A DNA stretch of 64,000 nt from the human T2T-CHM13v2.0 reference genome, Homo sapiens: NCBI RefSeq assembly GCF_009914755.1, contig NC_060936.1; one strand, given 5' to 3'. Shown here piece after piece: positions 55,385-64,000 of the stretch. Numbering within the stretch: position 1 is the first letter of the stretch; each line of letters opens with the position of its first letter. A model generated the notes under the pieces. The model made no database searches and was not told the DNA's origin. It worked only from the letters and a program-made list of their open reading frames with translations. The position numbers and the translations under genes are program-made.

Positions 55385-55855
55385 GCTGGACCCTCATTCT
55401 GGACCCAGAGTAAGCCCTGACTCTTGCTCCAGACTAAGCCCTGATCTCAGTTACAGACTGAGTCCTAATCCCAAGCACAGACTGAGCCCTGATCCCAGTC
55501 ACAGAGTGAACCCTGATCCCAGTCACAGACTGAGCCCTGATCCCAAGTCATAGACTGATCCCTGACCATTGTTTTAGCCTGAGTCTTGAGCACAATCACA
55601 GAGTATCCCAGTTACAATGTGAGCCCTAATCTTAGTCCCAGCATGACTCTTGACCCTAATCCCAGACTAAGCCCCAACTCCGGTCAAAGATTGAGTCCTG
55701 ACCCGAGTCACACACTGAAGCCTGATCCTTGCTCCAGACTGAGCCCTAACCCTGGTACAGACTGAGCCCTGACCCTAATCCCAGACTAAAGCCCTATTCT
55801 AGTCATAGACTGAACCCTGATCCTAGCTGTAGGCTGATCCCTAACCCTATTACCC
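55385..55855. repeat. degenerate 24-bp minisatellite, consensus about CAGACTGAGCCCTGATCCCAGTCA, ~19 units
   Basis: Near-perfect units at about 55478-55550, decaying outward. Confidence 0.85.
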
Positions 55856-55904
55856 ATACCCATGACTCCTCACCCCAGCCTGCCATCTCTCAAGGTTTCA
55901 CTCA

Positions 55905-56304
55905 TGTACACAAGCCACAAGCAGCCTCTTCTCCTCCCTGTGAATCTGCATGGGGACTGTGTGTGGTGACCACATGGTGGTATTGCCCTCCCCACCCCCT
56001 CCACATGAGGCATGGCCGTGTGACTTGCTTTGGCCAGTGAAATGGGAGAAGCAGTGAAGCGTGGCCCTGTAGGCTGAAGTCCAAACATGGCAACGTGTGC
56101 TTCCACCTCCCCATCCCCCATCCCATCATCTACCAGCTGTGTTCCACCAGTGAGCGCTCCCATCATCCTGGCACCTGGTGGGGAGGACGATGTGGGGTGT
56201 AGCCCTCACCAACCCACAGGGTGAGATGTCAGCCTTTGATGAGTTGTTTTCGGGGGCTGAGATTTGGGGGCTGCTTGTCATTGCAGCATAACCTGACTGA
56301 TACA
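55905..56304 (+). mobile_element. MaLR LTR (MLT1I/J-like)
   Basis: ggccgtgtgacttgctttggccagtgaaatg...gctgagatttggggg...gcagcataacctgactgataca. Confidence 0.7.
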
Positions 56305-57014
56305 GCCAGAAACCCCTTTTCCTCTGAAGTCAGCTGCTCAGGGTTCTGTCCATTCCTAATCTCCAAGGTTTTGCCCTACAGAAGGCAGAGGACAGGTGCA
56401 GAGAAATCACTCAACATGTCAGAAAACCTGTTGCACAAGACCAGGCACACTGTAGGTGCTCAATAAATGCTTGCTGAATGGGAAAACATGTATTTTTTTC
56501 TCCACACTTCTGTCTCAGTCCTTTAGAAAATCTGCTCATCCCAATACAGTGAGATGCCAGTCCAGGAGCCTTGAAGGACAGTGGTTGTGCCCAGAAAGTT
56601 CTTCTGGAATCGAATCCTGTCTCCAATATCAGCCGTGTGGCCTTGGGAGAGTCTCTCTCCACTCTTGGTGCCTCTGAGTGCCCTATCTATATGGAATGGA
56701 GAGAGGAATCCAAGCCTCTGTGTGTCTCACATCCTGGCTTCTCCAGAGATCTGGCTGGTCAAACCCTCCAAATGTCAAGCCACTGGTACCATCTGCTATC
56801 ATTTTTGTATTTCTCCACTCAGCTGTTCTATCTTCATTGTTATCACTGTCTTGACCATCCTCATCACTGCTAATGTTCACTGAGCACTTACTATGTACCA
56901 GACCTAGAGCCTTTACTCATTTTAATCTTCTTAATGACTCTCAGAGGTCAGTTGTTACTCTTTCATCTACGCATTAATTCACTTATGAACTCTCTGTTCA
57001 CCTAATGATCTCTT

Positions 57015-57285
57015 TTATATCTCCCTCTCTCCTTCCTTCTTCCTTCCCTCCCCCTGCTTCCTTCTTTCCTTCCACTGTCTCCTCCCTTCCTCCCCTCCCT
57101 CCCTCCCCCCTCTCTTCCTTCCTTCCTTCCTCTTTCCTCTCTCTCTTTCCTCCCTCCCTCCCTCCCTCCCATCCTTCCTCCCTCTCTCTTCTCCCTTTCT
57201 CCCTCCCTCCTTTTTCCCTTCCTTCCTCCCTTTCTTTCTTCTCCCATACCTCCCTCCCTCCTTCTGTCCCTCTCTCCTTCCCTCA
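57015..57285. repeat. CT-rich (TCCC/TTCC) tract
   Basis: Direct reading. Confidence 0.92.
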
Positions 57286-57299
57286 TTCATTCAAAAGCA

Positions 57300-57850
57300 G
57301 TCTATTACAAGGTGAGGAACATGGGCTCTGGACTCTGACTGTCTCGGTTCAAATTCTGGTGCCATCTTTTACTAACTGTATGACACTGGGCAAATTAATT
57401 CCTCTGTCTGCCCTGGTTCCTGCATCTGTAAAATGGAAATAGTAATCACTTTTTCCTCCAGGAATTGGTGCAAAGATGAATTGAGTTATGCTTCAAATAG
57501 TACTTGGCAGAGTCAGCAGTGAGTAAATGCTGGTCATGATTATTCACAGAGCAACTGATAAACCCACATGTACCAAACCCTTCTCAGGGTTTCAGTGAGG
57601 GACAAGACACAGGAAAGTAAACAATGACAGTGAACATTGGAATGGTCACTATGTGCAAGGCACTTTATGCCCATTGTCTCAATTGTCACAGAAGCCCTGT
57701 GGGATGGGCACTGTCATTACAACTATTTTGGGAATGACTGAACTGAGGCCCAGAGGGGCTAAGCAACTTGTCTGAAGACACATGGTTCATAGGTGATGAA
57801 GCCAAGATTGGAATCTCTGTGGCCTGGCTGCTAAGCTTGTGTGCCTCACC
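57300..57850. mobile_element. two MIRs in opposite orientation (about 57300-57530 plus, 57640-57850 minus)
   Basis: catctgtaaaatgg core; aactgaggcccagagggg core. Confidence 0.7.
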
Positions 57851-58676
57851 ATTAGGCGATGCAGCCACCATGCAATGCATGCATTCAAGGGCAGCAGTAC
57901 TCTCCAAGAGGGTGTGCAGAGGCCTCTGCATCGGGGACTGAGCAATGAGGCTTCCCCAGGCCAGGGGGGCAGTGGGGTCCTCTGAGCTGGCCCATCCAAG
58001 GGAATCTTCTGGAGTCTCCTCGTAAACCACCAACACCCTGACCTCCATCCAACTCCAGAAGGACTTGCTTTCCCTGTGGGTCCTCTGGCCTCTCCCACTC
58101 TCCCAGGGAGGCTGTGAATCCACATGCTACAGAAGCAGGGGCTGCCAGAACCCCACCTGCCCTCCCCGCTCTCCTCCATGAAGAGAGGAGCTCCGTAACT
58201 GCACAGGGCTCAGTGTGAAGGGCTCCGAGGCAGGCACACATCTCACATTGCAGCTTCTTTTGTCCGGACCATGTAGCATTTATTATTAATTGTAATAATA
58301 ATTATAATTGCTTATTGATCTCCTCCAATGCACCCGGCACTCCACCCAGCACTGAATTCAGGTCACTGCCCAGCAGACACACAAATCTATGCCCCGTGCC
58401 ATGCATCACACAGTGTTAGTGCTCAATAGACATCCAATAATGTGACCAGGTCCACATGTACGGTCCTGGCCTGCCACGTCCAGGCGCACAGGCTTATGAG
58501 GTTCATGTCTAACCAGAGAGCCTCCCCATCAGCCATGTGGAATCAGTCTTTGACCCACAGCCATTTATTAATTGCTTTTTTTTTTTTTAACATTTGCATT
58601 GGACCAAGAAAATGCTGTCCTGGAATATTAGAAATAAAAGGAAGATGCTGTCCTCTTCCTCAAAGACTGTCTAGGA

Positions 58677-58845
58677 CAGCGCTTCTCAACCTTTAACATG
58701 CACACACATGCCCTGGAGACCTCATTAAAATGTAGATTCTGATTCAACAGCTCTGGGACCCGGGACTCTGCATTCCTAACAAGCTCTAGGAGCTGCTGAT
58801 GCTGCTGGGCTGCGAGGTTGCAGGCCGTGCCCTGAGCAGCAGGAT
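58677..58845. mobile_element. MER5-type fossil
   Basis: cagcgcttctcaacctt...ttaaaatgtagattctgattca...ctgcattcctaacaagct. Confidence 0.75.
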
Positions 58846-59112
58846 CTAGTTGAGGACTGACAGTGTTCACTGCAAATAAGTAAACATCCAGAGGAGGCAA
58901 TGGGAGAAGGCAGAAAGAACACATGTTTTAAAGCCCAAGATTGGGCTATCTATTTAGCTGTGTGACCTCAGGCAAGTGACCTCACCTCTCTGGGCCTCAG
59001 TTTTCTTGTCTTTAGAAAACATGGATGATGTTACCTACTGGATAGACTCATGATAGTGGTTTTAATGAGATAACAGATATGAAAGTGCCGTGCACATGGG
59101 AGGTACTGAATG

Positions 59113-59231
59113 CCTTTCTCCCTCCCTCCCTCCCTCCCTCCCTTCCTTCATTCCTCCCTTCCTCCCTCCCTTCCTTCCTTCCTTCTCTCCATCCCTCCCT
59201 CCCTTCCTTCCCTCCCTCTCTCCCTCCTTCC
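59113..59231. repeat. (TCCC/TTCC)n tract
   Basis: Direct reading. Confidence 0.9.
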
Positions 59232-59469
59232 AGTTTTTGTCAGCATATGTAACCTAAAGCCATCAAAAGGATTCAAATTATTGCCACTTTTTAAAGGGAA
59301 GATGGTGAAGGTGAGGGTGGATGGAGAAGAAGCCTTCGAGGCTGGGAAGGCTGGGGGTTGGTTTTGAAGGATGGATCTAGCTTGGCTTGGCAGGGCTGGC
59401 CAGGTGCACACCATGAGAGAGCAACAGAGGCTGGGGATGCCCCACATCCCCTTGCTGAGCTCAGAGCTC

Positions 59470-59865
59470 ACCTGCAGCTGGCGAGGACATTCTGTGAGCT
59501 GCCAGTTGCCCTCATGCCCCTCCATGTGCCTGCAGCCTCCTGCTTTTCTGGCCAAAGGTTTTCACCAAGGTGCACAGGGCAGCCAGGAAATGCTGGGGAT
59601 CTAATGTCTCCAAAAGCAATGGGAGTAGGTGGAGAAATGCCACAACTTCCATGTCCCTCAGTGGGAAAGTTCTGAGGCGGGATCTGCATGGCTCGTCTGA
59701 GGGTCCCCATGGACTGACACCCTGTAAGTAACCTGCGCCTTAACAAAAACTGCACTGTTTTCCCCTTCTCTGCCTCACTTTCCCACTTTCTTCCCTCCCA
59801 AATAAACAACCTGCACCCAAGTCCTTGTCTCAAGATCTGCTTTTGGGGGACCCCAAACTAAGGCA
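59470..59865 (+). mobile_element. ERVL solo LTR (LTR16-like)
   Basis: ctcccaaataaacaacctgcacccaagtccttgtctcaagatctgcttttgggggaccccaaactaag. Confidence 0.7.
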
Positions 59866-59976
59866 GATGGGTCGTAGGCAGGAAGTCATCGTCATCCTTC
59901 CAGGGATTCAGGTGCAGAGAGCATCACTAGGTTTCTCCAGCCACAGCTTGCTTTCCTTGGTGCTTATTAACACGAA

Positions 59977-59981
<5 letters not shown>

Positions 59982-60027
<46 letters not shown>

Positions 60028-60040
60028 TATGTGTGTGTGT
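59982..60040. repeat. (CT)n(GT)n compound microsatellite
   Basis: Direct reading. Confidence 0.95.
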
Positions 60041-60453
60041 CTCTGTCTCCCTCTGTCTCTGCCTCTATCTCTTTGTCTGTCTGTCTCTCTCTTCTCTCTC
60101 TGCCCTGTATACCTTCCATCTCTCATGTCATTTTCCATGGAGAGTTCCTACTCTGGCCACACTTCAACCTCAAAAGTATCAGGTGTATCACCTCAAAAGT
60201 ATGAGGTGAGTTAAATCACCTCAAAAAATAGTGGGCAAGGCAGAGATGATTATCCCTCCCATTTCACAGATGAGGAAACCGAGGCCTGTAGAGGTTTTGC
60301 TTGTTCAGGTGTTCATTCAACCAGCCTATGTTGGATGTCTGCTATGTGCCAGGCACTGGGACAGGCAACACCTTGGACAGGGGCTCACCTAATGATTCTG
60401 AGACATCATCGAGCACCAGGGCCCTTCAGGGAGCTTATTAAAATTCAGATCCA

Positions 60454-60743
60454 GGCTGGGCACCGTGGCTCATGCCTGTGATCCCAGCACTTTGGGATGC
60501 TGAGGCAGAAGGATTGCTTGAGCTCAGGAGTTTGAGACCAGCCTGGGCAACATGGTGAAACCTCATCTCTACAAGATATACAAAAATTAGCTGGGCATGG
60601 TGGCATGTGCCTGTAATCCCAGCTACTCAGGAGGCTTAAACACTAGAAGCACTTGAACCCTAGAAGCGGAGGTTGTAGTGAGCCAAGGTCACACCAGTGC
60701 ACTCCAGCCTGGGAGACAGAACGATAGTCTGTCTCAAAAAAAA
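60454..60743 (+). mobile_element. Alu (J/S boundary type) inserted in a MER5A-like fossil (about 60385-60900)
   Basis: Complete dimer; flanks gagcttattaaaattcagat / aaaatgcaggttccagggccccatccccaga. Confidence 0.88.
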
Positions 60744-60846
60744 TGCAGGTTCCAGGGCCCCATCCCCAGAGATGGCAATTCAGTGGGTATGGTTCAGGAG
60801 AAGACCAGAAATCTGCAGAGTAAACCCCCCGAGCTCTACCAAACAC

Positions 60847-62219
60847 TGCAGGTGATTCTGGGACAACGGGTCCTCCCTGGAAAGACTCTGAGAAACACCA
60901 ATTCAGAAGAGGTAGATTTGGGCCAGGACAGGAGGATGCACAGGACCCAAGGATGCAGCGGAGCCCCACCCCAGGGTGGGAGGCAGGAACTCTCCAGCCA
61001 GTGGTTTCCCAGTGCTGGGGTCCTGCCTTGCCAGCCGTCTGGTCTCCCTCTGCCAAGATCTCAAGGCTGTGGATCCTATCCACAGAGCTAGACCAGCTGA
61101 GCACTCACATCTCCCCAAGGGGAGGTTTGTCAGGTGACTTGGGCCAGACAGGGACCAGAGTCAAAAAGTTTGAATTTTGTAATGTCCTTTTCAATGGATA
61201 AAGCACTCTACAGTGTATAAAGTGCTCACCCACATCGTGAAGCACTTCCCAGTGAGTAAAGGTTTCCAGAGTGCTTCTGCCCTCCTTGCCTTTCATCCTC
61301 ACAGCCACTCCTTGAGGGGGACTTCTCATCACCATTTTGCAGTTGGGGAGACTGAGTCTGAAGTAGCCAGCCCAAGGGCCCCAGCAAGTGAGTTGAGACT
61401 GGAAACCACGGGCTCTGAATCTGAATTCTGAGCTTTTTCTGATCGGGAGGTCACGGAGGACAAGACGTGGCCTGAAGGTGTTTCTAACCTCAGATGACCA
61501 GTGCTGCCACCCATTGATGGGGAAAATGCCCAGCACAGGGCATCTTGCCATACCTTCCCCCCTCCTAGCATCCTCTGGCTCCCGGCACTTGTAGCAACAA
61601 GTCCTCGTCACTAGTTGAGGTCAGCTGCCTGCACATCCTTCCCGCCAACCCTGCCCTCCACTTTTCAAAAGGCTCCCATTAGAAGACCAACCCCAGCCCT
61701 TTATATCTAATCCTCATACCCCTGCAATATGGGCAGCTTTATTCCTGTTTCACAGAAGAAGAAACAGAGGGTCTGGGAGGTCAAGTTGCTTGCCTGAACT
61801 CACATCCACTGAACCAGTGTGGCAGACCTGAATCCAGGTCTAAGTCCTATGTATGTGCTTCCCACAGCTGGGCTGCATTCTCTACCCTGTCTTCGAAGCC
61901 TGGATCCTGACCACAGTCCTCAGGACCATCCTCAGGCGGGCAGAGTCAGTGGTCGGTCCATCTATCCACACCTGTCCCCAGAGCGGAGGGAAGGGGGCTG
62001 CATTGCATCATTCAGAGTGCCCCCTGGTGGAGCCCTCATCGCTGAGAGTTTTGGGATGTTGTTATTGCTGAATACTACAATTAATTGCACAGACAGATTA
62101 ATTGCAGATGATTCTAGGACAAGGGGTCCTTCCTGGAAAGACTCTGAGAAACAGCAATTCAGAAGGAGAGGCAGATTTGGGCCAGGACAGGAGGCACCGG
62201 GCCCACGGATGCCGCAGAG
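60847..62219. repeat. pair of ~115-bp direct repeats (60847-60963 and 62103-62219)
   Basis: 6 mismatches plus one 3-nt indel over the first ~89 bp, by hand. Confidence 0.9.
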
Positions 62220-62365
62220 AGAGAGACAGAATTAATTGCAGAGACAGAAACAGAGAAAAACAGATGGAGACAGAGACAGAAAGAGAGAGAAGAGGATGGG
62301 CTGAGAGGGCCCTTTGCTGGATTCCTCTGTTGGCTGCGTAGAAAACTAAGAACAGATTTTTTTTA

Positions 62366-62687
<322 letters not shown>

Positions 62688-63411
62688 CCAGACTCTCTCT
62701 AACCTGGTGAGTGAGTTTCTGTTCAAGAAATGACCGAAAATAGATCTATAAAGGTTAGGTTGGGACCCATAAGATGTGGCAAGGCCACCAGTGGCCCAAA
62801 GCCTCTGAGACTGAAACAAACTAGTCCTGGGGGTCAGAAGAGGCTGCCACGTACAGACAGGCAGGTTGGTCCCTGCAACAAAGGTACTAGGCCAAGGAGA
62901 TGTCTAGTGAGGGGGAGCGGTCTGTCTACCAAGCCATTGCCCCAGGCCCAGGGTTGTGCCCACCTGGAAGATGGGAAGCCTTTCTCTAATATGTACAAAG
63001 ATGCCCTATGGGCGAATGACAGTGCTGGTTCAGAGGGAGTGGGAACCTGGTGACTGTCAGTCTGGAACTATCCCCAAGCTAGCAAAAGTCTGGAAGGAAA
63101 AGGTTCAGTTTCAGCCTCATTGAATTATACGGGAACCTCAACCTCCCACAGGAGAGAAACACAGAGCAGAAAAGGAGATGACTTTCATTTGTTTTGATTT
63201 TCAAAATACCTTATTTGCTTGAAGATCAGAGATAAGCCATTGTTGCCAGGTAAATGCTACTTTAATTTGTTTTTCCTCTTTCAGGAGACTTGTCTTCTTT
63301 CAGTTTTGATGGGAATGATATTTTAAAGTGATTTTCATTGGCAACTTTCCTTTGGAGATTCAAAGTCTAGAATGGGAAAGCAAACCCTTCCCAAACCCTG
63401 AGACTATCTAA

Positions 63412-63930
<519 letters not shown>

Positions 63931-64000
63931 TGACATTCCAGCTAGGGAAGACAGACAAAAGACAAGTCAAATAAGCAACATCATGTCAGTCAATGCCAAG

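Noticed and set aside
55385-55855. CRISPR-like array
   Set aside because: Units are contiguous with no unique spacers, there are no cas genes and the DNA is primate
58270-58345. TAAT-rich patch as an enhancer
   Set aside because: Resembles the AT-rich tail of an antisense MIR (aattgcttattga...ggcact)
63249-63285. Donor CAG/GTAAAT and strong acceptor tttttcctctttcag
   Set aside because: Only ~35 nt apart, too short for an intron, and no partner exon is identifiable from sequence alone

Overview
This is primate genomic DNA (human-like: AluJ/AluS SINEs and THE1 LTRs), not prokaryotic. I find no protein-coding gene, RNA gene or CRISPR array. Every long ORF in the track is explained by Alu, L1, L2 or LTR remnants or by simple repeats. 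A large part of the window is interspersed repeat: about 25 Alu copies or fragments, many MIR and L2, L1M 3' ends, MaLR/ERVL solo LTRs and hAT DNA-transposon fossils, often nested. Between them lie repeat-free islands of 200-550 bp rich in homeodomain, HOX, TCF, FOX and RBPJ motifs, which look like the enhancer landscape of a developmental regulator. That is inference; I cannot name the locus. The least explained structures are (i) a ~200-bp inverted-repeat pair at 12.4/13.8 kb bracketed by an 8-bp direct repeat, (ii) four more short local duplications 0.5-1.7 kb apart, and (iii) a degenerate 24-bp minisatellite beside a CpG-rich element. I do not see a self-contained novel biological system. 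Repeat subfamily names and ends were assigned by eye from remembered consensus sequences. Ends are approximate (tens of bp) unless a target-site duplication (TSD) is quoted.
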